Shown: piece by piece, positions 28,810 through 37,725 of the stretch
Numbering within the stretch: position 1 is the stretch's first letter
Layout of the letters: each line of letters starts with the position of its first letter
Assembly (NCBI GenBank): GCA_028715785.1
Contig: JAQURC010000001.1
Location: forward strand, 140,766 to 204,765
Direction: 5' to 3'
Length of the DNA: 64,000 bases
From: Candidatus Omnitrophota bacterium
Lineage (GTDB): Bacteria; Omnitrophota; Gorgyraeia; Gygaellales; Profunditerraquicolaceae
The notes under the pieces: model-generated
Database searches by the model: none
Told to the model about the DNA's origin: nothing
The model's input: only the letters and a program-made list of their open reading frames with translations
Program-made: the position numbers and the translations under genes

Positions 28810-30309
28810 ATGCTTATAACAGCTAGTAAGCTATACGACTATTTACAATGTCCCCATAAAGTATGGAGGGATATTTATGGACCTCAAGAAGAAAAAATTG
28901 ATGAAAAGAATCCATTTGTTGAATTGCTTTGGGAAAAGGGCGCACTTCATGAAAAAGAAATAATTTCTGGAATTGGTTCATTTATTGATTTAAGCGAAGG
29001 AACTATTGAAGAAAGAATAAACAAGACATTAGCAGAGATTAAAAAGGGGACGACGTTAATTTATCAGGGTGTTATTCGTTATGAAAACCTCTTAGGCATA
29101 CCAGATTTGCTTAGAATAATGCCTACCGGTAATTATCTTCCCATTGATATTAAGTCAGGAAAAGGATTTGAGGGCCCAGATGAATCCGAAGATGAAGAGA
29201 TAATGCCCAAAAAGCATTATGCAGTACAGCTTTCTCTCTACGTTGAAATTTTATTGAACTTATCCTTTGCAAGCGAGAAAAAGGGAGCCATAATTGATAT
29301 TAGTGGCCGGGAGCTCGTTTATTTGTTAGAAAACGCCCAAGGGGTAAGGAATACGCAGACTTGGTGGGAACTCTATTTAGAAATAAAGAATAGAGTTTCA
29401 GAATTAGTTTCGAATCAAGTGCAGGATAAGCCTGCAATAGCTGGGTCGTGTAAATTATGCCCTTGGTATAATAGCTGTAAAAAATGGTGCTTAGAAAAGG
29501 AAGATTTGACCAAGATTTTCTATCTTGGAAGAAGCAATAGAGAGATTTTAAACAAGGATCTGGGTATAGAGAAAGTAAGAGAGTTGAAAACATTAAATAT
29601 TTCTGATCTTTTAGCTAAAAAGAAGAAAGACAAGACATTCCTTAAAGGATTTGGTGAGACACTTTTAAAAAAGTTTATCACTCGCGCAATAATATTAGAC
29701 GAAACAAAAAAGCCAGTTTTGCACCAACAAGTGCACTTACCAGAAGTTAAAAAAGAACTATTCTTTGATATTGAAGATGATCCAACCCAAGATTTTGTCT
29801 ATCTACATGGAATTTATTCTCGGGATGCAAAGAGTGAAGAGTATATTTATTTCTTGGCTAAAGAAAACACGCGAGATGCTGAGAAGAAAGCTTGGCAAGA
29901 ATTCTGGAATTATATTGATACTTTACATGTTAGTGACTATTCAATTTACTACTATTCTCATCATGAGAAAACAGCGTATAGAAGGTTAAGTCAGAGATAT
30001 CCTGAGATAATCGCAAAAGAAAAGTTAGATACTTTTTTCGACAATCCGAACGCAATTGATTTATACCGAGTAGTAGAAAAGCATACAGATTGGCCTCTTT
30101 CTAGCTATTCACTCAAGGATTTGGCCACTTATCTTGGTTTTAAGTGGAGAGATGAGAGTCCTTCTGGAGCATTGTCTATCCGTTGGTATAACGATTTTCT
30201 ACAAAATCACTCCGAAGAATTGCTTAAACGAATACTTGAATATAACGAAGATGATTGTCGGGCTACGATGGTTCTTAAGGATGGAATCTCGAAGTTAAAT
30301 AAGGAGTAG
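28810..30309 (+). CDS. Cas4/RecB-like PD-(D/E)XK nuclease fused to an RNaseH-like (DEDD-type) exonuclease domain (TM0106-like architecture)
   Basis: N-terminal LQCPHKVWRD, GIPDLL....PIDIKSGK nuclease core, Cys cluster CKLCPWYNSCKKWC (Fe-S type), C-terminal EYNEDDCRATMVL. Confidence 0.6.
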   Translation: MLITASKLYDYLQCPHKVWRDIYGPQEEKIDEKNPFVELLWEKGALHEKEIISGIGSFIDLSEGTIEERINKTLAEIKKGTTLIYQGVIRYENLLGIPDLLRIMPTGNYLPIDIKSGKGFEGPDESEDEEIMPKKHYAVQLSLYVEILLNLSFASEKKGAIIDISGRELVYLLENAQGVRNTQTWWELYLEIKNRVSELVSNQVQDKPAIAGSCKLCPWYNSCKKWCLEKEDLTKIFYLGRSNREILNKDLGIEKVRELKTLNISDLLAKKKKDKTFLKGFGETLLKKFITRAIILDETKKPVLHQQVHLPEVKKELFFDIEDDPTQDFVYLHGIYSRDAKSEEYIYFLAKENTRDAEKKAWQEFWNYIDTLHVSDYSIYYYSHHEKTAYRRLSQRYPEIIAKEKLDTFFDNPNAIDLYRVVEKHTDWPLSSYSLKDLATYLGFKWRDESPSGALSIRWYNDFLQNHSEELLKRILEYNEDDCRATMVLKDGISKLNKE

Positions 30310-30407
30310 CCATTTATCTTGACTTTTAGATAAAAAGGAGTATTATTTATTTAACAATTAGGTGTGTCCCGTGTTTGAAGGGGGAAGTCCCGGACGTTAA
30401 AAAAGTA

Positions 30408-30455
30408 AAACCTTCGTTGGTCAAGTTAAGACCGGCGAGGGTTTTTTGTTTTATA
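30408..30455 (+). terminator. Rho-independent terminator after the nuclease gene
   Basis: About 12-bp stem (CCTTCGTTGGTC...GACCGGCGAGGG, with G·U pairs) followed by TTTTTTGTTTT. Confidence 0.5.
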
Positions 30456-30500
30456 ATATTAATTTAGAAAACCAACTAAACTAACAAAAGGTGGTGAAAT

Positions 30501-31976
30501 ATGACACAAGAAAAGATTAAATGTCCACAATGCGGCACACAATTTGAACTAACAGAGGTTATTTCTCGAGAAATTGAAGCAACTATAAGTCAGAAATACG
30601 AAACACAAATTAGTACTCTAAGAACAGAAGCTGAAGCGCGAGAAAAGCAACTAAAAGAACAGTTTAAATCTGAGCAACACAAGATAGCAGAACAAGCTAA
30701 AAGAGACGCTGCTGAAGCATTGAAAATCGAGCTTGAAACAATAAGATCTCTGCTATCCGAGAAGTCAAAGAAACTTGAAGCTGCCGATAAGAAAGAACTC
30801 GAATTAATAAAGCGTGAGCAATCTGTGCAAGAAAAAGAAAGATCAATGTCGCTTGATTTTGAAAATAAGCTTGCTGTTAAAGAAAAGGAAATTCGAGCTT
30901 TACTCGATAAAGAGAAGAAGGCTGCTGAAGAAAAAGTGCGTAAGCAAGCCGAACAGGCTTATTCCGTTGAGCTAAAAGACACTCAAGAGCAGCTAAAGGA
31001 TTTATCAAAACAATTAGAAGAAAGTCGACAGCAGGAACTGGCATTACGCAAAAGGCAAAGGGAGTTAGAAGATAGGGAGAAATCTCTTGAGTTGGATGCG
31101 ATGCGGAAAGTTGATGCTGAGAAGGGCAAGATTACCGAAGAAGCTAAACGTCAGTTTGAAGAGAAGCACCGGCTTAAGGATGCTGAAAAAGACAAGAAGT
31201 TGGCCGATATGACCCGCCAAATAGATGAACTTAAGCGTAAGGCAGAGCAAGGATCACAACAAGCGCAGGGTGAAATTCTTGAGCTTGATTTGGAAGGCAG
31301 ATTACACTCAAGATTCCCGATGGATGATATTGAGCCCATCCAAAAAGGGATTAAAGGCGGAGATGCTCTTGAAACTGTAAAGTCTCAATTGGGCCATGCA
31401 TGTGGGAAAATCTTGTGGGAGTCTAAGCGAACAAAGGCTTGGAGTGATTCCTGGATACAAAAGGCAAAAGACGATCAATTGGCCGCAAAAGCTGATTTAG
31501 TCGTTATTATGACAGAGATTTTGCCGAAAGGTGTTCAACAATTTGACCAAATTAATGGTGTTTGGGTAGTAGATATCTCTTCAGCGATCAACCTGGCAGT
31601 TGCGCTTAGAACAGGCATGATTCAGGTGGCCCGAGAGCGTGAGCTGCAAGCAGGCAAACAGGGTAAGATGGAGCTAGTCTATAATTATCTGACTGGTCCT
31701 GAATTTAGAAATAGAATAGAGGCTATGGTTAGTTCCTTTGTTGCTATAAAAAGCGTATTAGACGCTGAAAAAAGAGCGATGCAAAAGCTTTGGGCTAGAA
31801 GGGAAAAGCAAATTGAGCGCGTCATAGATAATATCAGTGGTATGCATGGGGATTTAGAGGGTATAGCCGGGAAGGCATTACCAGTTATAAGGGTTCTAGA
31901 GCTACCGGTGGATGGTGGTGAAGGGGAATCCGTTGAGACACAAGAATGGCTGAAAGACGATTCGTTAGAATCTTAA
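30501..31976 (+). CDS. DUF2130-like protein: N-terminal zinc ribbon, long coiled coil, C-terminal globular domain
   Basis: MTQEKIKCPQCGTQFELTEV start, followed by about 280 aa of heptad-rich E/K/Q/R sequence. Confidence 0.5.
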   Translation: MTQEKIKCPQCGTQFELTEVISREIEATISQKYETQISTLRTEAEAREKQLKEQFKSEQHKIAEQAKRDAAEALKIELETIRSLLSEKSKKLEAADKKELELIKREQSVQEKERSMSLDFENKLAVKEKEIRALLDKEKKAAEEKVRKQAEQAYSVELKDTQEQLKDLSKQLEESRQQELALRKRQRELEDREKSLELDAMRKVDAEKGKITEEAKRQFEEKHRLKDAEKDKKLADMTRQIDELKRKAEQGSQQAQGEILELDLEGRLHSRFPMDDIEPIQKGIKGGDALETVKSQLGHACGKILWESKRTKAWSDSWIQKAKDDQLAAKADLVVIMTEILPKGVQQFDQINGVWVVDISSAINLAVALRTGMIQVARERELQAGKQGKMELVYNYLTGPEFRNRIEAMVSSFVAIKSVLDAEKRAMQKLWARREKQIERVIDNISGMHGDLEGIAGKALPVIRVLELPVDGGEGESVETQEWLKDDSLES

Positions 31977-31991
31977 AAAGAACAATATGAT

Positions 31992-32411
31992 TTAGAGCGA
32001 TTCTGCCATATCCTCTAACTTCTTTATTGTACTCGCAAATTTAGCTACTATTACATTAAGCTTAGCTTTATACTCTTCCAGGCGCCTTTTTATTTCTTTT
32101 TTCTCTTCCGGCGTCTTGTGCTCTTTTAGGGCATTCCTTATGCTCTTCAAAAATTCATCAGCAATATTCTTTTGTCCTTCCTCAAATTCTTTACAGACTT
32201 CTGGGTATTTTGTTCGAAGATAAAGGTCGCCTAGCATCGGATCGTCAAGTGCTTCCTCGATCCTCTTCATTACGGCAGGGGAGGGGATCTTGCCATGCTT
32301 TTCGATATAAGTAATATAAGTAGGGTCTACTCCAATCTTGTTTGCTAAATCTTTGGCTGTTAGTTTAGAAATTTTCCTGCTCGTCTTTATTTCCTCTCCT
32401 AAATTTTTCAT
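31992..32411 (-). CDS. XRE-family HTH transcriptional regulator (element repressor candidate)
   Basis: N-terminal HTH (ISKLTAKDLANKIGVDPTYITYIEKHGKIPS). Divergent from the xis–int module. Confidence 0.65.
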   Translation of the reverse strand: MKNLGEEIKTSRKISKLTAKDLANKIGVDPTYITYIEKHGKIPSPAVMKRIEEALDDPMLGDLYLRTKYPEVCKEFEEGQKNIADEFLKSIRNALKEHKTPEEKKEIKRRLEEYKAKLNVIVAKFASTIKKLEDMAESL

Positions 32412-32427
32412 GGCTACATTATAAATT

Positions 32428-32518
32428 AAATCCTATGAATAGTCAATCATTTTTTTCTTGACAAAAGGCTAATTCGTTTATATAATATCCAATGAATGGT
32501 CAGTCAATTAAATGAGCT
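32428..32518. promoter_or_regulatory. Divergent near-consensus sigma-70 promoters with two operator-like repeats (ATGAATNGTCA..)
   Basis: Plus strand: TTGACA 32468-32473, 17-nt spacer, TATAAT 32491-32496. Minus strand: TTGACT (complement of 32451-32456), 17-nt spacer, TATAAT (complement of 32428-32433). Repeats ATGAATAGTCAATCA at 32445-32459 and ATGAATGGTCAGTCAAT at 32502-32518. Confidence 0.6.
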
Positions 32519-32607
32519 AGCAGATGCCACAATAATCCTCATGCTGATCAAAGAAATGTTTTCAGGTATGTTTAGTAGTTATGGGCAGAGAAAGGAAAGT
32601 GAGGGTA

Positions 32608-32790
32608 ATGATGGATAAAGAAATTCTTACGGTTGAAGATATAGCAAGCATATTGCATATTAGGCCCAATACGATACATAGCAAACGTTGGAAAGAAAGG
32701 ACTGGCTGCCCTTTAAATAAACACGGAAAAAGATTGCTGTCTCACGCTCCTGAATTTTGGAAGTGGTTTGAATCGCAGAGAAACCAATGA
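32608..32790 (+). CDS. xis: Excisionase / AlpA-family HTH DNA-binding protein
   Basis: MDKEILTVEDIASILHIRPNTIHSKRWKE matches the excisionase-family HTH. Overlaps the integrase start by 4 nt. Confidence 0.55.
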   Translation: MMDKEILTVEDIASILHIRPNTIHSKRWKERTGCPLNKHGKRLLSHAPEFWKWFESQRNQ

Positions 32791-33887
32791 AAAGATATGC
32801 TGGCGTAAAAGAAACCAAAGCAGGGAATTACCAGGTGAACTTTCGCCTAAACAAAGGCGGGAAGAGGTTCTGGGAGACTATCGAAGCCAATTCCATGCAA
32901 GAGGCTTATAACAAAAGGGCAGAGCTGATAACCCAGAGGCAAAAGGAACTACAGACTCCCGAAGCCGAGAAACTCCGTCTCACATCCGGATTCTCAGAGG
33001 TATGGAAAGGTATAGGTGACGGAATATTAGGAGAACGCAAGCCATGGAAGACTTATCTTCATTATCAAAAGGTCTTTTGGCGGATGTTTGATGATTTTAG
33101 AAATTTGGAATTTCCTTATGTGCAAAACCCAAGCCAATTGACCTTAGCATTCTTTGAGCAATATAAGAATTATTACTCTAGTGATTTAAATCGGCCAAAA
33201 GGATTAAGGGGGGAATTAATTTATGTTAAGGCAATTATGAAACGAATGTATAAGCTGGGTTTTTGCAGTGAGAAGATAATTAAAGATATAGCCGAAAACA
33301 TCAAAAAGCCAAGGCCGAATAAGAAACAATATCCTGAGATTACCAATAGCAAAATTAATGAACTATTAGCTTTTATAAAGAAGGATAAACCGGATTATTA
33401 CAGGCCAATTTACTTTATGAAGCGCACAGGCCGGAGAGTTGAAGAAACAACGCTTATTGAGAAAAGGGATGTTGTTTGGGATGGAATTAAACCCATTAAA
33501 ATCAATATACGCGCAGAAACGACTAAAACCAATGAATATGCTCCTTTGAATAAATTAGATCCAGAGCTAGAGATCCTTATTAGCCAGGCATATAAAGAGT
33601 CGTCCCGGCACAGGGCGCCTTATTTATTCCTCACTAAACGCAACAAGAAATTTAACCAGCGTAGAATTTGTGAGTATTTAAAAGAAGTCAGCGAAAAGAT
33701 TACAGGTGTAAAATTTACTTGTCACTACTTCCGGCATAGATATTGGGTTGAGTGCGGGAAAAACAATGTACCTATTATAGACGCTATGGCAATATCAGGG
33801 AACAAGGATTCAGATGTTGTGATTAATTTTTATAGCCACAGTACAAGTGAAGGTTTGGCAAAAGTGCTTGAGTTGACGAGGTTATAA
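32787..33887 (+). CDS. int: Tyrosine-type site-specific integrase
   Basis: C-terminal catalytic region with R...HYFRHRYW...Y. 366 aa. Lies immediately upstream of the att repeat at 33971. Confidence 0.85.
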   Translation: MKRYAGVKETKAGNYQVNFRLNKGGKRFWETIEANSMQEAYNKRAELITQRQKELQTPEAEKLRLTSGFSEVWKGIGDGILGERKPWKTYLHYQKVFWRMFDDFRNLEFPYVQNPSQLTLAFFEQYKNYYSSDLNRPKGLRGELIYVKAIMKRMYKLGFCSEKIIKDIAENIKKPRPNKKQYPEITNSKINELLAFIKKDKPDYYRPIYFMKRTGRRVEETTLIEKRDVVWDGIKPIKINIRAETTKTNEYAPLNKLDPELEILISQAYKESSRHRAPYLFLTKRNKKFNQRRICEYLKEVSEKITGVKFTCHYFRHRYWVECGKNNVPIIDAMAISGNKDSDVVINFYSHSTSEGLAKVLELTRL

Positions 33888-33970
33888 TGATATGATTACT
33901 GAATTAGGAGAGGTTTTTGGTGGTGTTTCTGGTGGTAAAAGGGGCTTTTTAAGATTAAATTCTAATGTAT

Positions 33971-33985
33971 CCCTGCCTCTCCGAT
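33971..33985 (+). repeat. attR-like direct repeat: 15-nt exact copy of the tRNA-Ser(GGA) 3' end
   Basis: ATCCCTGCCTCTCCG is identical to 19355-19369. It lies 84 bp after the integrase stop. Confidence 0.6.
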
Positions 33986-34387
33986 ATACTTTTTGGATTA
34001 TATTGGGGAATTGGCAGTTACGACACAACTTATTGAAAGTGGGTAAGTTGTGTTTGTTTTTATATGGTAGTGTTTGTTTCTTTTTTTCACTAATAGCGCC
34101 TAAAAGCCGTATAGTTCTGTAAAAACTGTATACCAAGTGTATACCTAAGGTACGGGAAGGGTGGGGACGTACACCATTCAGCCTACTTGATTCGGAAGGT
34201 CTTCATGTGTCATTAGAGGCCCCTGATATTACTTTGTGCCTTTGAGCGCTAAGGAAGTATATCTTCTGCCAAAGGAGATATATCCGGTAAGTGGTTGATA
34301 TTCCACTAGATGTTGTAAGGGTTGGGTAAGGATGAATAAAAGAAAGTAATTGACTTTTTTTGTAGTCATGGTAAGCTTACATTGATT

Positions 34388-34744
34388 ATGAATAGGAAAA
34401 CGTTAGGAGAGAGGATTCGAGAATTGAGAGCCCAAAGGGATTTCTCTCTTCGTGAATTCGCAAAAAAATTAGGTGGGCTTTCGGCGGCATTTCTATCTGA
34501 TGTAGAACTTGGCCGGCGCCATCCGTCTGAAAAGGTGCTAGTCGACATAGCTAGAGTACTTGATACAGCACTTGAAGAGTTACGAAACTATGATACTCGT
34601 GCACCGGTTGAAGATCTCAAACGTCTCGCGTCATCGAACCCTGCATATGGGCTTGCTTTTCGGAAATTAATTGATAAGAAGGTTAGCCCTGAAGATTTAA
34701 TGAAGCTTGCTGAAAAAACGTCCAAGAAAGACGGAAAAAAATGA
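34388..34744 (+). CDS. XRE-family HTH regulator (CapH-like)
   Basis: LGERIRELRAQRDFSLREFAKKLG....LSDVELGRRHPS HTH signature. Overlaps the downstream peptidase by 4 nt. Confidence 0.65.
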   Translation: MNRKTLGERIRELRAQRDFSLREFAKKLGGLSAAFLSDVELGRRHPSEKVLVDIARVLDTALEELRNYDTRAPVEDLKRLASSNPAYGLAFRKLIDKKVSPEDLMKLAEKTSKKDGKK

Positions 34745-35448
34745 AAAGTTTTCGCACAAAGGTAGGTCCATTCGCTGAAAGGCCCTATTATAAACTGAGT
34801 GATATTGAAAATATCTGTAACGATGAATTGCGAAAAGTTGATTTGTTGCCATCGGAACCATCACCAATTCGAATTGAGCGATTTATTGAAAAAAGATTTA
34901 GGATTTTTCCCTCTTATGAAGATTTACCAGAAGGTGTTCTAGGGTGTATTAAATTCGGCACTAAAGGCGTAGAGGAAATAAAAATTTCTAAGTTTCTTAG
35001 CGAAGATGGCGACAAGGTTTCCGAGCGGAGAATTAATACGACTTTAGCTCATGAAGCTGGCCATGGTCTTTTGCATGCACATCTTTTCGTGCTTGGCTTG
35101 CCATCTCAGTCTCTCTTTGAGAATGAAGTTGTAAATACCCCCACAATCCTTTGCAGGGAAGGGGCCGTCACTGGTATCGGCGGAAAAAGTAACTACGATG
35201 GACGCTGGTGGGAATTTCAGGCCAATAGGGCGATGGGCGCACTTCTGCTGCCCAGGTTCCTCGTGCAGAAAAGTACTGAAACGTTCCTTGTGTCTCGCGG
35301 CGCAATGGGTATAAAGACTATTGAAGCAAAGAACCGGGAGTCTGTAATTAAAACGTTGGTCGACGCGTTCGACGTTAATCCCGCCGTTGCTCGTATCCGC
35401 ATTGACGAAATGTATTTCAGGGACAATAAAAATCAGTTGACATTCTAA
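34741..35448 (+). CDS. ImmA/IrrE-family zinc metallopeptidase (CapP-like)
   Basis: HEAGHGLLH (HExxH) in a DUF955/COG2856-type context, paired with an upstream XRE HTH. Confidence 0.7.
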   Translation: MKSFRTKVGPFAERPYYKLSDIENICNDELRKVDLLPSEPSPIRIERFIEKRFRIFPSYEDLPEGVLGCIKFGTKGVEEIKISKFLSEDGDKVSERRINTTLAHEAGHGLLHAHLFVLGLPSQSLFENEVVNTPTILCREGAVTGIGGKSNYDGRWWEFQANRAMGALLLPRFLVQKSTETFLVSRGAMGIKTIEAKNRESVIKTLVDAFDVNPAVARIRIDEMYFRDNKNQLTF

Positions 35449-35465
35449 TTTTTTTTTGCTAAAAT

Positions 35466-35506
35466 GTAAGCATCGTCAGCTTACGAAATAGTAACTTTTC
35501 TATTAT
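35466..35506 (+). promoter_or_regulatory. Palindrome GTAAGC-N7-GCTTAC overlapping a -10-like TATTAT upstream of the Ubl operon
   Basis: Seen in sequence at 35466-35484 and 35501-35506. Strong ribosome-binding site AGGAGGAGG at 35536-35544. Confidence 0.35.
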
Positions 35507-35548
35507 GCAGAAGACCCGGAAGGTTAAGATAAAAAGGAGGAGGTAAAA

Positions 35549-35794
35549 ATGGAACATGAAGAGCATCATCAAGGCGAGCAGAAGTATTTTGTCAATATTG
35601 AGGGTACGGATTATCCTTGGCATGAAGAGGACATTCTTACTGAAGAAATAAGGAAGCTGGGTAATTTGCCTCAGGATCTGCCTGTTGTTGAGGAATTTCC
35701 TGATGGTACTGAAATAACTCTTAGGGCAGGAGAGGTTGTTCATTTGAAGCCCGGTCATAGATTCGGTCGCGCCCCAAAGTTTAAAAGGGGCTAA
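35549..35794 (+). CDS. Small ubiquitin-like protein (multiubiquitin / BilA-like) ending in a C-terminal Gly
   Basis: 81 aa ending ...KFKRG-stop. Immediately followed by E2-like, JAB and E1 genes. Confidence 0.55.
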   Translation: MEHEEHHQGEQKYFVNIEGTDYPWHEEDILTEEIRKLGNLPQDLPVVEEFPDGTEITLRAGEVVHLKPGHRFGRAPKFKRG

Positions 35795-35797
35795 AGG

Positions 35798-36184
35798 GTG
35801 GAAGAAAGAATCGCTGAAGAAGTCCGCATGCTGAAGGATAAATATCCAAGCCTTCAGCATGGGGAAGGCTATGCATGGGTAATGATCCCGGATTTTAATT
35901 TACCGGAAGGATATAACCGTAAAAAGACAAGACTACTTTTTTTAATTTCAGGTTCATATCCACGTACATCCCCAGATAATTTTTATGTTGATGCAGGATT
36001 GAAGTTCGATAACAACAATCTACTGACAAATTACAGTGAGGGAGCTCAGGTACCGATAGAAGGATCGTGGGGTTGTTTCTCTTGGCATCCTGAAATATGG
36101 CAGCCGGTAGCCGAAATTAAAAAAGGAGATAACCTACTTACATTTATGAAATCTGTGAACATTAGGTTACGGGAGAAGAATTGA
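35798..36184 (+). CDS. E2-like ubiquitin-conjugating-fold protein (prokaryotic E2 family)
   Basis: 128 aa. Candidate catalytic Cys in WGCFSWHPEIW. GTG start. Its stop overlaps the JAB ATG. Confidence 0.5.
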   Translation: MEERIAEEVRMLKDKYPSLQHGEGYAWVMIPDFNLPEGYNRKKTRLLFLISGSYPRTSPDNFYVDAGLKFDNNNLLTNYSEGAQVPIEGSWGCFSWHPEIWQPVAEIKKGDNLLTFMKSVNIRLREKN

Positions 36185-36732
36185 TGCGGGTAATCCTGTT
36201 TTTAACAGAACAACAATACAACCTCGTACGGTCGCATCTTTTCAAAGGAAAAAAGGAGCAGGGGTGTTTCCTGTTTGTCAACAGTATCATGGATGCCCAG
36301 TTAATTGAGCTTAAAGTAAAGGATGTCCATAAGGTAGAAGCTGGTGGCTGGAGTTATCAAAGCGGATGTCATCTAGAGCTTGAAGAAAAAGAGAAAGTGA
36401 AGGTAATGTTAAAAGCACGAGAATACGGCTGCGATTTGATTGAATGCCACTCTCATCGATTTGGCGGATTAGCCACTTTTTCCCCGAGCGATATACATGG
36501 CTTGAGTGAATTTGTCCGATACATTTGGTGGAAATTGCCGGGTAAGATATACGGTGCCGTAGTATTTACTAAGAGTGATGTTCGGGGACAGATTTGGCTG
36601 CCTAAACAGGAGAATTCCGTATTTATAAGTGAAATCAAGGTTATTGATAATAAGGGCAACTTTAAAAGATTATGCGGCGTTCCTATTAAAAAATCTTTTT
36701 TTAACATCATTAAGAGGCGGAATAATGATTGA
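36184..36732 (+). CDS. JAB/MPN (JAMM) metalloisopeptidase
   Basis: Canonical JAMM motif ECHSHRFGGLATFSPSD (HxHx7Sx2D) plus an upstream Glu. Confidence 0.8.
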   Translation: MRVILFLTEQQYNLVRSHLFKGKKEQGCFLFVNSIMDAQLIELKVKDVHKVEAGGWSYQSGCHLELEEKEKVKVMLKAREYGCDLIECHSHRFGGLATFSPSDIHGLSEFVRYIWWKLPGKIYGAVVFTKSDVRGQIWLPKQENSVFISEIKVIDNKGNFKRLCGVPIKKSFFNIIKRRNND

Positions 36733-37609
36733 ATCACGGGAGCAATTCTCTAGGCAAATTCTAGCCTTTGGTGCAGAAGGACAAGCAGCCATTATGAATA
36801 CTAAGATTGGAATTGTTGGTTTGGGTGGCATGGGGTCATGCGTTGTGCAAATGCTAAGTCATTTAGGAATCCAGGAATTTATGCTTCTTGACGATGACCG
36901 AGTTGAAAAGTCGAATTTGAATAGGCTTGTTGGCGCTACAAGAGAAGATGTCATAAATAAGACCCTCAAGGTTGAGGTGGCCCAACGAGTCATTAAATCT
37001 ATAAATCCTGAAGCCAAGATAACTTCGCTAGGGAATCTGCGTACTGCGGAAGCCATAGAAGTCCTTTCGACTTTTCCTGATGTGATTTTCGGTTGCGTAG
37101 ATAATGATAGCGCGCGTATGATCCTTACTGATCTTGCAGCAGCATATAAGAAGACATTGGTTGATTGTGCAACTGAAATAGATTTAAAAGGTGATAATGG
37201 CATAAGTTTCGGGGGCAGGGTAGTTGTCGCTCAGCCCGGGGACTTCTGTTTATGGTGCGCAAATCAGATTGATCCGCAAATAGCAAATGAGGAGCTTGAG
37301 AGCGAGCAGGAAAAATCTTTTCGTCGGCATCATGGTTATGGCTTGGGAGCGGAAGTAGTGGCTCCTGCAGTGATGTCTTTAAATGGGGTTATAGCTGGTT
37401 TGGCCGTTACAGAGTTTATTATGTTAATTACCGGCATGAGAAAGCCGGAACGTATGCTGACTTATAAGGGAACGCGAGGAATTGTTGTTGCGACTAAAGA
37501 TGTTAAGAAGCCGGGATGTTTAGTGTGCGATTCATTAATCGGTAAGGGAGATAAGGCAGGTTTAAAGAGATACTTAAGGTCAAATTTACCAAAAGATTTG
37601 CCCGAATAG
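36725..37609 (+). CDS. E1-like ThiF/MoeB-family adenylyltransferase
   Basis: Rossmann IGIVGLGGMGS, LLDDDRVEKSNLNR, two CxxC pairs (CLWC, CLVCD). Overlaps the JAB gene by 8 nt. Confidence 0.8.
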   Translation: MIESREQFSRQILAFGAEGQAAIMNTKIGIVGLGGMGSCVVQMLSHLGIQEFMLLDDDRVEKSNLNRLVGATREDVINKTLKVEVAQRVIKSINPEAKITSLGNLRTAEAIEVLSTFPDVIFGCVDNDSARMILTDLAAAYKKTLVDCATEIDLKGDNGISFGGRVVVAQPGDFCLWCANQIDPQIANEELESEQEKSFRRHHGYGLGAEVVAPAVMSLNGVIAGLAVTEFIMLITGMRKPERMLTYKGTRGIVVATKDVKKPGCLVCDSLIGKGDKAGLKRYLRSNLPKDLPE

Positions 37610-37725
37610 AATAGGGATGCATATAAATAACAAGAAAGGAGCTAATAGCGGCCAAGAAAAACTTCCATAAAATTCCTAAGTTAATTATCCTAAAATTAAA
37701 TAAAATTGCTTCTGATCAGATTGTT

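Noticed and set aside
23616-30309. Classifying the helicase–MTase cluster as DISARM class 1, BREX or Type III R-M
   Set aside because: SNF2 + adenine MTase recalls DISARM, but the DUF1998 (DrmA/DrmB) and PLD genes are absent. No PglZ/BrxC/BrxL for BREX. The MTase is a small Dam/D12 type, not a Mod subunit with a target-recognition domain. Left as unclassified.
33892-34136. Overlapping 76-aa (+) and 84-aa (-) ORFs just after the integrase
   Set aside because: They span the att-like repeat and an AT-rich intergenic region. No ribosome-binding site, odd composition. Treated as non-coding att/arm DNA.
35459-35860. 133-aa minus-strand ORF antisense to the Ubl/E2 genes
   Set aside because: It lies entirely inside the tightly coupled plus-strand Ubl–E2 operon, has no ribosome-binding site, and is low-complexity. 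The plus-strand genes have clear motifs.
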